Shown here: one piece after another, positions 26,678-36,800 of the stretch
How positions within the stretch are numbered: the first letter of the stretch is position 1
How the letters are laid out: each line of letters starts with the position of its first letter
Virus record (IMG/VR): IMGVR_UViG_3300046723_000260
Coordinates: 8,243-72,242 of that record
Strand: one strand, 5' to 3'
Source: a virus
Length of the DNA stretch: 64,000 nucleotides
Notes under the pieces: model-generated
Told to the model about the DNA's origin: nothing
Seen by the model: only the letters and a program-made list of their open reading frames with translations
Database searches by the model: none
Position numbers and translations under genes: made by a program

Positions 26678-27029
26678 CCTGAGCCAATTCACCGGGACCG
26701 AACTATGGCATCGGCATCCTCTGAACCGGCGCTTCACCTACACCGACGGCGTCGCGTTCTTCGCCGAGCAGGCGAAGGCCTATTGGCTGCTCGACATCTT
26801 CGCGACCGAGCTCGCCGCCCCGCTCAAGCAGGCGGACGGGATGCTGTTCGTGACCTGCAAGGTCGAGGGCTCGAGCGCAGAGTTGTCGGCGGTGCGCGAC
26901 GGCGGCGAGCCCCTGCTCTGGAGGCGGCGGATCGACTTCACCGACTGCCCCGAGGGGGAGTGGAAGTTCTACGTCGCGGAGGGCGGACCGGCGGGGTCGA
27001 CCGTCATCATGCTCCCCTCTGAATACTGA
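26664..27029 (+). CDS. DUF6876-like protein
   Basis: LSQFTGTE.W.RH...YTDGV..FAE...AYWLLD...IDFTDCP...MLPSEY. Confidence 0.7.
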   Translation: MQPSDLSQFTGTELWHRHPLNRRFTYTDGVAFFAEQAKAYWLLDIFATELAAPLKQADGMLFVTCKVEGSSAELSAVRDGGEPLLWRRRIDFTDCPEGEWKFYVAEGGPAGSTVIMLPSEY

Positions 27030-27427
27030 GCGGAGATCGAAGGAGACAAGGGCGGGGCCGAAAGCTCCGCCCTTTTGATTCTGTAGCCCCGCGACGGCTC
27101 GTTCTCGATCGCCCACCCGAGTTTGCCGAGCGAGAGGCGCGACGTCTTCAACGCATGTTGAATCTGGTTGCGCGAGGTCGCCTGCTCGCCCAGGACGCCG
27201 CTGAACAGATCGTCGAACGGCGTCCACCTCGGATACCGATCAACGAGGAAGCTGACCAGCTCGACCGCCCGCGGCGTCGCCTTGAGCGCGAGGCCGCCAG
27301 CGATCAGGCAGTTCGTGCGGAGGTCGGCGGTCAAGTCCGCCGACGGCAGCAACCCTCCGCAGCACGGACAAAGGTTCGACGGCTTCCGCGCCGCCAGATC
27401 GTCGATGTAGGCTTTGCGGCGGTTCAT
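26969..27427 (-). CDS. Zn-knuckle plus winged-helix (OmpR/PhoB-like) DNA-binding protein
   Basis: CPCCG; TPRAVELVSFL...R..L.KLGWAIENEPSRGYRI. Confidence 0.6.
   Translation of the reverse strand: MNRRKAYIDDLAARKPSNLCPCCGGLLPSADLTADLRTNCLIAGGLALKATPRAVELVSFLVDRYPRWTPFDDLFSGVLGEQATSRNQIQHALKTSRLSLGKLGWAIENEPSRGYRIKRAELSAPPLSPSISAQYSEGSMMTVDPAGPPSAT
27048..27077 (+). terminator. Rho-independent terminator
   Basis: AAGGGCGGGGC-CGAAA-GCTCCGCCCTTTT hairpin plus U tract between convergent genes. Confidence 0.7.
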
Positions 27428-27713
27428 TGCCCGTTCTCCAAAGTTATCCCCAGGCCGAACGATAAGCCCAGCGCCGCCGGCTCGTACAGGGGGGGAAAGT
27501 AGAATTTTTTCCCTTCACCGCCGCGCGCGGCTCGGATAGGATCCGGGGATGGATGCAATTCACAAATTCCTCGTCGCCGCCGACGAGGCCGGGATGCCTT
27601 AACATGGTCAAAATTGCACAGCACATAGCCGCCACCTCGAGCAGCCTAGGCTTGTTTTCAGTTCGCCGCCCGCCGTGCGTTGAGTACCCGGCGGGCGGCG
27701 GTGTGTTCGCGCC

Positions 27714-27893
27714 ATGAGCGAAACCTTCCACATCGACATCGCGGTTTGCCAGGACGCCGGCGGCTTCTACGCCGCGGTCTTCATCGACGGCGTGCTCGAA
27801 CGCGAGTCGCCTCGCGGGACAAGAGAGCAGGCGCAAGAGTGGGCCGACTTTATCCAGGCGATGGCCGAGAGCCTCAAGAACAGGAAACATTGA
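27714..27893 (+). CDS. Hypothetical protein (59 aa)
   Basis: MSETFHIDIAVCQDAGGFYAAVFIDG...; TGATG overlap with the next gene. Confidence 0.5.
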   Translation: MSETFHIDIAVCQDAGGFYAAVFIDGVLERESPRGTREQAQEWADFIQAMAESLKNRKH

Positions 27894-28945
27894 TGACCGT
27901 CGAAGCCTGCCGAGAGATCGAGCGCCTGCGCGACGAGGGCGTCGCGCTCAACGCCGCGGGCGACGCCGCGGGCGCGGTCAAGGCATGGACCGAGATGGCG
28001 AAGTTCCAGCGACGGGTCGCGCCGAGCGGGATCCGCTACCTCCGCGGCGAGAGCTGGACGAACGGCTTCGGCCACCTCGCGCTGCTCGACATGTGGGCGA
28101 AGCGCCGGGCGTTGGGCTTCAGCGAGGAGCGCCACGTCATCGTCACGCGCCCGGGGATCATCGCGAACCCGTTCTACCTCTCGCTCTGGGCGCCCTGGTT
28201 CGAGATCACCGACGCGGCGCCACCCGACGCGATCCTGCGCGAAGACTACCCGATGGTGATCGAGGTCAGCGGCGCGTTTCTGGAGCTGCACCACGCGGCG
28301 GCCAGGATCGAGGCAACGTGGCGAGAGCTGTGCATTCCGCGCTATCACCCGATCATCACGATGCCGAAAGACCTGATCGAGCGCGGCCGCGAGCGGATCG
28401 CCCGCGACGGCGTCCGCGACTGGTTCGTCGGCATGCACCTCCGCCAGGGCGGCCCCCACGACGAGGACTCGGTCCGCAACGTCGCCGACGAGCAGACCTA
28501 CGCGCCGGCGGTCGAGTTCATCCGCCAGGCCGGCGGCAGCGTCCTGCGAATCGGAGAGCGCCCGCTGGCGCGGCCGATCCCGGGCGTCGTCGACTACGGC
28601 GGGGCGGGCGACTGGCCGGACTGCTTCGTGATCTCGCAGAGCCGGTTCTTCCTCGGCACCAACTCCGGGCCGAGCGTCGTCGCCGGGACCTTCGGCGTGC
28701 CGCTGCTGATCGCGAACCACGCGCCGGCGGGCGGCCTGTTCCCGTACCGCGCCACGCTGGTCCGCAAGCGGGTGGTCGAACGCGTCCCCGGTTTCAGCGA
28801 CGGCCGTCCCCTCTCGACCGAGGCGTGGCAATGCAAGAACCTCTGGACGACGTCCCAGCTCGAAGCGGAAGGGCTTCGGCTCGTCGACTGCACCGCCGCG
28901 GAGATCGTCGCAGGCGTGGCGAAGATGCTACAGGAGACCTCATGA
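27893..28945 (+). CDS. TIGR04372-like glycosyltransferase (GT-B)
   Basis: FGHLA.LD...ANP.....W...WFVGMHLR.G...RN...Y..A...I...GG.VLRIG...D.F.ISQSRFFLGTNSGP..VA..FGVP. Confidence 0.75.
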   Translation: MTVEACREIERLRDEGVALNAAGDAAGAVKAWTEMAKFQRRVAPSGIRYLRGESWTNGFGHLALLDMWAKRRALGFSEERHVIVTRPGIIANPFYLSLWAPWFEITDAAPPDAILREDYPMVIEVSGAFLELHHAAARIEATWRELCIPRYHPIITMPKDLIERGRERIARDGVRDWFVGMHLRQGGPHDEDSVRNVADEQTYAPAVEFIRQAGGSVLRIGERPLARPIPGVVDYGGAGDWPDCFVISQSRFFLGTNSGPSVVAGTFGVPLLIANHAPAGGLFPYRATLVRKRVVERVPGFSDGRPLSTEAWQCKNLWTTSQLEAEGLRLVDCTAAEIVAGVAKMLQETS

Positions 28946-29187
28946 GCCCGGTCGTGATCGCGCTGCTCGGCGGCCTACACTGCTCGCTCCCGCCGCTCGA
29001 CTTCCGCACGTTCTACTCGCGCTTCTACGCGTCGCCGGGCGACCGCCATTGGTTCGTCCGCGACGCGGAGGACCGCGGGACCGCCGCTCGCCGCCTCGCC
29101 GACGCGCTGGCCGACTTCGCGGACTACCGCGCCGGCCGCGCCGACAAGTGCCGCGACGGAATCATGGTGCCGGAGGACATCCCGTGA
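28942..29187 (+). CDS. Hypothetical protein
   Basis: Coupled ORF. Confidence 0.5.
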   Translation: MSPVVIALLGGLHCSLPPLDFRTFYSRFYASPGDRHWFVRDAEDRGTAARRLADALADFADYRAGRADKCRDGIMVPEDIP

Positions 29188-29432
29188 AGATCGAACTGAT
29201 CCTCTCCGACCGGCGCGGCCGCAGCTTCGTCGTGCGAGTGGAAGAGCCGAAGCTGATGCCCTTGGATCCGCGCGACAATCCGCGGACGCTCAAGATCGAC
29301 GGCCTGCGCGACCTGACAGTGGAGAACGACGACGGCAGCTTCTTTCGGTTCGTGCCGGCGGCGCCCTGGCCGCACACGTTTCGGCAGAGGCTCCGCTGGC
29401 TCTTGGCGTGGCGGCGTTTGGAGGAGGACTGA
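29184..29432 (+). CDS. Hypothetical protein
   Basis: SD GGAGG + GTG, coupled. Confidence 0.5.
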   Translation: MKIELILSDRRGRSFVVRVEEPKLMPLDPRDNPRTLKIDGLRDLTVENDDGSFFRFVPAAPWPHTFRQRLRWLLAWRRLEED

Positions 29433-29435
29433 CTG

Positions 29436-29708
29436 ATGAGCGAAGTCACCGAACAAGACGTAGCCAACGTCGTGCTCGACCTTCTCACGCGGGCCGTCGT
29501 GTCCATATTCCGGTCCCAGCAGTTCGAGAACGCCGAGATGTTGGCCGCCAGCCTCACCGGCGTGTGCGGCGTCGCCATGATCGACCTGCTGATCGAGAAG
29601 TTCGACGTCGAGCCGGAGCAAGCGATCGCGCTGGTGCGCTCGAGCTTCGAGACGCGGGCGACCGAGATGGCGGAAGCGGTGGCCAAGCACAGGAGCAAGG
29701 CGAAATGA
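29436..29708 (+). CDS. Hypothetical protein
   Basis: SD GGAGGAGG. Confidence 0.6.
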   Translation: MSEVTEQDVANVVLDLLTRAVVSIFRSQQFENAEMLAASLTGVCGVAMIDLLIEKFDVEPEQAIALVRSSFETRATEMAEAVAKHRSKAK

Positions 29709-29932
29709 CCGGAGAACTCGACATCGCCCGCCGCAAGTTCGTCGACGAAGTCGTGAGCGGCAAGACCCGAAAGATTGGAGCGCCCGTCGAAGGCATCCGC
29801 GAGCCAGAACCGAGCGAGCATCCCGACGAGCGGATGAACCTCACGATCAAGGACGTGGGACGGTGGGAGCCGGAATCGTCCGGTCGCGCGAAAAACAATC
29901 AGGGAAACGATGGCGATGCCGGTCGGCGGTAG
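29705..29932 (+). CDS. Hypothetical protein
   Basis: Coupled ORF MTGELDIARRKF... Confidence 0.4.
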   Translation: MTGELDIARRKFVDEVVSGKTRKIGAPVEGIREPEPSEHPDERMNLTIKDVGRWEPESSGRAKNNQGNDGDAGRR

Positions 29933-30344
29933 GCGAGAGGGTGCAGGCCGCAAACGCGGCGGCAAGAACAAGCGCACGGTGGAGCTTGAGCTTGCCACGG
30001 CGCGCGAGATCGACTCGGCGCGGATCAGCGGGCGCGAGCTGGCGAAAGACGTGCTCGACCGGCTGATGAGGATCGCCGAGGGCGCGGCATCGCTGCACAA
30101 GCCGAACGAGGCGGGCCAAGGCGGCGACTGGTCGCTCTTCGGCGAGTGGTTCGACCGCACGGCGTGGGTGGCGAAGGAGCTGGCGAAGTACCAGAGCCCG
30201 CAGCTCCGCGCGGTCGTGGTGTCGATGCCCGGCTCGCCGGTGCCGGAGCCGAAGGTGGTCGAGGGCAAGGTGCTCAACATGAAGGACCCGCGCGTCGTCG
30301 CGGCGGCCTACGTGCGGTTGGTGAAGACGACGGCGAGGAGCTGA
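29910..30344 (+). CDS. terS: Terminase small subunit (putative)
   Basis: GGRREGAGRKRGGKNK N-terminus and AKELAKYQSPQLRAV C-terminal motif; upstream of terL. Confidence 0.7.
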   Translation: MAMPVGGRREGAGRKRGGKNKRTVELELATAREIDSARISGRELAKDVLDRLMRIAEGAASLHKPNEAGQGGDWSLFGEWFDRTAWVAKELAKYQSPQLRAVVVSMPGSPVPEPKVVEGKVLNMKDPRVVAAAYVRLVKTTARS

Positions 30345-31420
30345 ACTAGGGGAGGCCGCGATGCAAAGCGCCGCAGCAGAATGGTTTGTCGTAGCTGGCT
30401 TATTCGCCATAGCGGTTGCAATTCTTATCAAGTGAGGTCGCTGAAATGCCCATCTCTACCGAGATAGACGCGCCAATGGCGAAGAACAAAGACGACGAAC
30501 TCGTTACAATTTCGCGCTCATATCTGCTTTTGCTTTGGAGGCAATTGGACGAATTGCGAGAACGTGTCGCAAACTCGCCCCTCATCGAGTCAAAGTAGGC
30601 CGCCCACATGAGAACCGCTGCTGAATTAGAAGCCCTAGCTGTGGCTCAAGCCGTCGCCGCCGAGCGGGAGCGGTGCGCTAAGATTGCGGAGGACGAATAT
30701 CGTGACGAACGCTGGCACGGCTATTATCGCCATGCGGGTATCGTCATCGCAGACAAAATCCGAAACGCAAAGTAAGCCGCTACGATGGACCCAAATCTCC
30801 CGCACCATTGGCAGATCGTTGAGACGGCGACCATGCGCGTCGTTGCCGACAATCTCACGCACGACCAAGCTTTGAATCAGTGCGAATATCTTGAGCCGCA
30901 CCCTGAAACGACAGGCTTCCGCTACGTCATGCAGCCGGTTCGCAACTGAGGCCGATCAGATGACCCGCGTTCAAAAAGCTTCAAAGCTTCTCGATAATCT
31001 CGGCTTCGTTTTGCTGTTCGGGAAAGTGTCGGACGCCGAGCTAGTCAAGATCGTGTTGTGGATCAAAGATCAGTTGAAGGAGTAGCCCCCCCATGCAGAT
31101 CGCCGCAGACCTCGACATAATCAGCAATCAAACCGCGTTCCTAAAACGGATCGCGGAGGCGCTGAGCATGACCGGGAATGGCACCCTCGGGGGCCAGATC
31201 AGTATGACGGCGCGGAATATCGAATTAGCTGCTGCGGCGATTGCCGAAAAGAACTCCACTGCAAACGCAAAGTAGGCCAATAAAATGCGCTCGTTCGTAG
31301 CGGTGCTGCTTCTCGCCGTCCCGGCGATCTGGTGGACGCCGAAGCAGCACCACGGCTGGGCGAGCGCGCCGCCGAAGTATTGCGCGCAATTCCCGTGCTA
31401 CGAAAACCGGGCGAGGCTGC
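30345..31420 (+). other. Lower-GC cluster of short ORFs between terS and terL (about 30445-30598, 30608-30775, 30785-30949, 30960-31085, 31093-31275)
   Basis: Several 40-60 aa ORFs; visibly more AT-rich codons than the flanks. Confidence 0.45.
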
Positions 31421-31702
31421 ATGGCAGACGATAAGTTCGGGGTCAAAGCCGCCGTCGCCGCGGAGCGCGAGCGGTGCGCCAAGATCGCCGAGGCCCGCGA
31501 GGACGACCCGTTCAAACTCTTCGGCGAGGTCGCGACGCTGATCAGGTCGGGCAACCCCATGACGACGGTCAAGCCGGTGCCCCTGCTCTGCGTGATCGGC
31601 TGGCATAGCTGGACGCGCGGCCGCGAGCCGATCAAGCTGGGCGGCCCGGTCTATCGCTGCCGCCATTGCGCGGCGACGAAGGGGCGCTACGAGGCCGGCT
31701 GA
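31421..31702 (+). CDS. Hypothetical protein with C-terminal Zn-binding motif
   Basis: AAERERCAKIAE; LLCVIGWHSW...CRHC. Confidence 0.6.
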   Translation: MADDKFGVKAAVAAERERCAKIAEAREDDPFKLFGEVATLIRSGNPMTTVKPVPLLCVIGWHSWTRGREPIKLGGPVYRCRHCAATKGRYEAG

Positions 31703-33360
31703 TGGACTGGAAGCACCCAGACTACGCCGCGATCTTCGCCGAGCGGATGGCCAACCTGCACCGCATCCGCGAGAACCCCGAGGTCAGCGTCCCGGTGCTC
31801 AAGGAGAAGTACCGCGACAACATCGCGGACTTCATCGCCGACTGGGGCGTGACGTTCGACCCGAGAAACCCGGAGCGCGACCTCCCCGCCGTCGTGCCGT
31901 TCGTGCTGTTCCCGAAGCAGCGCGAGTGGGTCGAGTGGCTGATCCGGCACTGGCACGGCCAGACGCCCGGCCTGGTCGAGAAGTCGCGCGACGTCGGCGC
32001 GACGTGGCTCGCGGCGTGCACGGCCTGCTCGCTCTGCATCTTCAACGAGGGGCTCGCGATCGGCTTCGGCTCGCGCAAGGAGGAGTACGTCGACCGCCTG
32101 GGCACCTTGAAGCCGATCCTGCCGAAGGCGCGGATGTTCATGGAGCACCTCCCCGTCGAGTTTCGCGGCGGCTGGCAGTCGTGGCGGGACGCGCCGTTCA
32201 TGCGGATCAACTTCCCCTCGACCGGCTCGCTGATCATGGGCGAGGCCGGCGACCAGATCGGCCGCGGCGACCGCGCCTCGATCTACTTCGTCGACGAGAG
32301 CGCCCACCTCGAGCGGCCCGACCTCGTCGAGATGTCGCTGTCGCAGACGACCAACTGCCGGATCGACATGAGCTCGGTGAACGGGATGAACAACCCGTTC
32401 GCGAGGAAGCGCCACGAGGGCAAGGTCGACGTCTTCGTGTTCGACTGGCGCGACGACCCGCGGAAGGATCAGGCGTGGTACGACGCGCTCTCGAAGGGCG
32501 AGGACGAGGGCGGCCGCGGGCTCGACCCGGTCACGATCGCCCAGGAGGTCGACCGCGACTACTCGGCCTCGGTCTCCGGCATCGTGATCCCCGGCGAGTG
32601 GGTGCGCGCGGCGATCGGCGCCCGCGAGCGGCTCGGCCTGCCGAAGGGCGGGCGCAAGCTGCTGGCGCTCGACGTCGCCGACGAGGGCGTCGACCAGAAC
32701 GCGGCGGTCGGCTGCACCGGCATCGAGATCGACTTCGCCGAGCAGTGGTCGGGCAAGGGCGGCGACATCTTCGGCACGGTCGCCAAGGCGTTCGCGATCT
32801 GCGACGAGCACGGCTACCCGGGGCTGCGCTACGACGCCGACGGCCTCGGGGCGGGCGTCCGCGGCGACGCGCGGGTGCTGAACGAGCAGCGCCGCAGCGC
32901 GCGGGCGCGCGAGCTGCCCGTGGTCGGCTTCCGCGGCTCCGAGGCCCCGTTCGATCCGGACGCCGCGGTCGAGGGCACGCTCGGGCGCGAGGGCGAGAAG
33001 GGGCGGACCAACAAGGACTTCTTCGCCAACCGCAAGGCGCAGGCGTGGTGGGAGCTGCGCCGGCTGTTCCGCAACACGCACCGATGGGTGACGACCGGCA
33101 AGGCGTCGAGCCCCGACGAGATCATCTCGATCGACCCGGCGATGCCGCTGCGCTCGAAGCTGGTCAGCGAGCTGAGCCAGGCGACGATGGCGTTCAACGG
33201 CCAGGGCAAGATGGTGATCGACAAGCAGCCCGACGGCATGAAGAGCCCGAACCTCGCCGACGGCGTCGTGATCCGGAAGGCGCGGATGGAGCGCGGCCCG
33301 CTGCGGATCACGCCGGAGATCCTGGCGGCGGTGTCGGGCGGGCGCAGGAGGATGCGGTGA
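31702..33360 (+). CDS. terL: Terminase large subunit
   Basis: PFVLFPKQ, EKSRDVGATW (Walker A variant), YFVDE (Walker B), SSVNG, ALDVADEG.D nuclease motif, KSPNLAD. Confidence 0.95.
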   Translation: MDWKHPDYAAIFAERMANLHRIRENPEVSVPVLKEKYRDNIADFIADWGVTFDPRNPERDLPAVVPFVLFPKQREWVEWLIRHWHGQTPGLVEKSRDVGATWLAACTACSLCIFNEGLAIGFGSRKEEYVDRLGTLKPILPKARMFMEHLPVEFRGGWQSWRDAPFMRINFPSTGSLIMGEAGDQIGRGDRASIYFVDESAHLERPDLVEMSLSQTTNCRIDMSSVNGMNNPFARKRHEGKVDVFVFDWRDDPRKDQAWYDALSKGEDEGGRGLDPVTIAQEVDRDYSASVSGIVIPGEWVRAAIGARERLGLPKGGRKLLALDVADEGVDQNAAVGCTGIEIDFAEQWSGKGGDIFGTVAKAFAICDEHGYPGLRYDADGLGAGVRGDARVLNEQRRSARARELPVVGFRGSEAPFDPDAAVEGTLGREGEKGRTNKDFFANRKAQAWWELRRLFRNTHRWVTTGKASSPDEIISIDPAMPLRSKLVSELSQATMAFNGQGKMVIDKQPDGMKSPNLADGVVIRKARMERGPLRITPEILAAVSGGRRRMR

Positions 33361-33465
33361 TGGGCAAGCTCGTTCGCCGCTCGCTTGACCGGCGCTCTCG
33401 CGCCGTGCGACGGTCGCCGCAATCAAGTTGATTCCTTTCCTTTCAAGTTGAAACCGGAGCGGGCC

Positions 33466-33795
33466 GTGGGCAGCGCCAAGAGCGGCAGGACGAGCCAGTT
33501 CACGCTCCAGCAGCAGGACGAGATCGTCCGCGCCTACGTCCGCGGCATGAAGACCGCCGCGATCTGCGAGCAGTTCGGCTGCTCGAACTCCTACCCGGGG
33601 CAGCTCGCGCGCAGGCGCGGCCACCCGGGCCGGGTGTCGCAGAAGACCCGGGACGTGCTCAGCGCCGCGGCCCGCCGGCGAGAGCGTCCCTCGCCGCCGC
33701 CGGTCGTGGCGGCGCACACTCAGGGCGGCCGCACGACCGTCGAGCGCCAGGGCATCACGCTGCCGCGGCTGAAATGCCTGGAGGAGGATCTATGA
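33466..33795 (+). CDS. HTH protein
   Basis: EIVRAYVRGMKTAAICEQFGCS.SY...ARR.G. Confidence 0.55.
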   Translation: MGSAKSGRTSQFTLQQQDEIVRAYVRGMKTAAICEQFGCSNSYPGQLARRRGHPGRVSQKTRDVLSAAARRRERPSPPPVVAAHTQGGRTTVERQGITLPRLKCLEEDL

Positions 33796-33870
33796 GGCGG
33801 GAGATCGTCCGCGCGGCGCTGCTGTTCGTCGCGCTGGTCGCGCTGAACGTGTTCTTCGGAGGCTGAGCCG

Positions 33871-36800
33871 ATGGGATGGGGCGGGGCGCGTCCGGGAGCC
33901 GGCCGCAAGAAACCGAAGGCGCCGGCGACGCCGCCGCTCAAGCCCAAGCCGACTCCGGAGATGCGCGAGGCGGAGCGCCGCTCGGTCGCCGCCATGCACG
34001 AGATGATCGAGGCGTCCCGCGCGGCGGCCTCGTCGGCCCGCGAGAAGCAGGCGCACCTCAACCCGTTCGCCATCCGCCCGGACCTGTTCCCGCCGCCCGC
34101 CGTCCCGAAGGCCAAGGGGATGCGGCTCGCGATGGACGACGCGACCAACTGGGCGTCGAACGCCTGGGCGGCCTCCGGCGCGGTGCTCGGCGCGGCGCAA
34201 GAGGGGCTGATGTTCCTCGGCTACCCGTACCTCTCGGAGCTGGCGCAGCGCCCGGAGTACCGGACCTTCGCGGAGACCATCGCGACGGAGGCGACCCGGA
34301 AGTGGATCAAGCTGAAGGGCTCGAAGGCCGAGGAGGAGGCCGAGGAGAAGGGCGCGACCCCGGAGCAGGCGCAGGACGAGCAGGCCGAGGCCGACGACAA
34401 GAACGACAAGATCAAGGATCTGGAGGGCTACCTCAACCAGCTCCAGGTCCGCGACCACTACGCCAAGATCGCGCTGCACGACGGGCTGTTCGGGCGGAGC
34501 CACCTCTACTACGACTTCGGCACCGATCTCGGCGATGACGAGCTCAAGACGCCGATCGGCAACGGTCGCGACGAGCTGACCAAGGCGAAGGTCACGACGG
34601 GATCGCTGAAGCGGCTGAGCGTGATCGAGCCGGTCTGGACCTACCCGACGACCTACAACGCGAGCAACCCGCTGGCGCCCGACTGGTACAACCCGCAGGT
34701 CTGGTACGTGCTCGGGCGCGAGATCCACGCGAGCCGCATCCCGCGGTTCGTGAGCCGCGAGGTGCCGGACATCCTCAAGCCGGCGTACTCGTTCGGCGGG
34801 CTCTCGCTGACGCAGCTCGCCAAGCCCTACGTCGACATCTGGCTGACGACGCGGGCGAGCGTCGGGCAACTGATCCACGCGTTCTCGGTCATGGTGCTGA
34901 TGACCGACCTGGAGAGCATCCTGCAGCCGGGCATCGCGACCTCGCTGCTGGCGCGCGTCAACCTGTTCAACGCGCTGCGCGACAACCAGGGGACGTTCGT
35001 CCTCAACAAGGAGACCGAGGAGTTCAAGAACGTCAGCGCGCCGCTCTCGGGCTTGCACGAGCTCCAGGCCCAGGCGCAGGAGCACATGATGAGCGTCGCC
35101 CGCATCCCGGCGGTGAAGTTCACCGGGATGCAGCCGCAGGGGCTCAACGCGTCGAGCGAGGGCGAGATCAGGGCGTTCTACGACACCATCGAGGCGTTCC
35201 AGAACGCGTTCTTCCGCCCGAAGCTCAACACGACGCTCGACTTCGCGATGATCTCGCTGTGGGGCGCGCGCGACGAGGAGATCGTCTACGACTTCGAGCC
35301 GCTGTGGGCGCTGAGCGAGAAGGAGAAGGGCGAGCTTCGCAAGGCCGACGCGGAGACCGACCAGATCCGGATCGACACCGGCGTCGTTAGCTCGGAGGAG
35401 GTCCGCGCCAAGGTCGCGGCCGATCCGGACTCCGGCTTCGACAACCTCGACCCCAACGACGTGCCCGACCTCCTGGAGGAGGAGGCGCAGGGCCTGCAGC
35501 CCGAAGGCGGGCGGCCGCAGCCGATCGCGCAGGGCGACCCGACCGGCGAAGTCAGCGAGGGAGGCGGGGCTAACGACGCCGTGGTCCCTTTCGGCGGCGG
35601 CGCTGACGAGGCGGGCTTCGAGGAATCGAAGCATCCCCGGGACGACGGCGGCAAGTTCACGAGCGGCTCCGGCGGCGGCAAGGGCGTTCCGCACGCGCCG
35701 CAGTTCGGCCTCCAGCACGGCAAGTTCACCGCGCCCGGCGGCGGCTCGTCGTCGTCGTCCTGGTTCACCGGGTTCGGCGCGAAGAAGACCAACGTCGGGG
35801 AGCCGATCGACGTCTCGAAGATGAAGAAGGTCGGCGCCCAGATGGGCTCGAACCCGGGCGGCGTGTTCGAGGGCGAGGGCGGCGAGAAGTTCTACGTCAA
35901 GCGGGGCAAGTCGAAGGCCCACGTCCGCAACGAGATGGTCGCCGCGGCGCTCTACGACCTGGCCGGCACGCCGACGCTGAAGTACCGGCCGGTCGAGGGC
36001 GGCGAGCACGTCGCGACCGAGATGGCGAAGCTCGACAAGGACAACGCGGCGAAGCTGTCGAAGGCCGAGCGGGCCGAGGCGGCGCGCGACTTCGCGGTCC
36101 ACGCGTGGCTCGCCAACTGGGACGCGGTCGGCACCGGCGGCGACAACCTCGGCACCGTGCGCGGCGTGCCGACGGCGCTGGACCTCGGCGGCGCGCTGGA
36201 GTTCCGGGCGCAGGGCGCTCCGAAGGGCAAGGCGTTCGGCACGAAGGTCGGCGAGCTCGACACGCTGCGCGACGGCAGCAACCACGACGCGGCGAAGATG
36301 TTCGGCGACATGACGCCGGCGCAGATGCGCGAATCGGCGCGGTACGTCGCGGCGATCGGCGACCAGAAGATCAAGGACGCGGTCGAGAAGAACGGCGGCG
36401 ACGCGGCGCTGGCCGAGAAGCTGATCAAGCGGCGCGACGACATCGCGGAGCGGATGAAGACGTTCGGCGAGGACGGCGACCCGGAGAGCCCGGACGGCAC
36501 GATGGTCGTCCCCGCCGGCGGCAAGATGCCGATCAAGAAGCTGAACGGCGTGGCGTTCAAGCCGTGGCGGCCGCCGGCCGACTGGGCCGCGGTCGACGGC
36601 CAGGCCGAGATCGACGAGCCCGAGTTCTTCGTGACGCCGGGCAAGCGCGCCTCGACCGGCGTGATCGTGCGCGAGGCCGACGGGCGGGTGTGGCTGATCC
36701 AGCCGCGCAACGGCTACGGCGGCTACGAGGGGACGTTCCCGAAGGGCGGGCTCGAGAAGGGGCTGTCGCTGCAGGCCAACGCGATCAAGGAAACCTGGGA

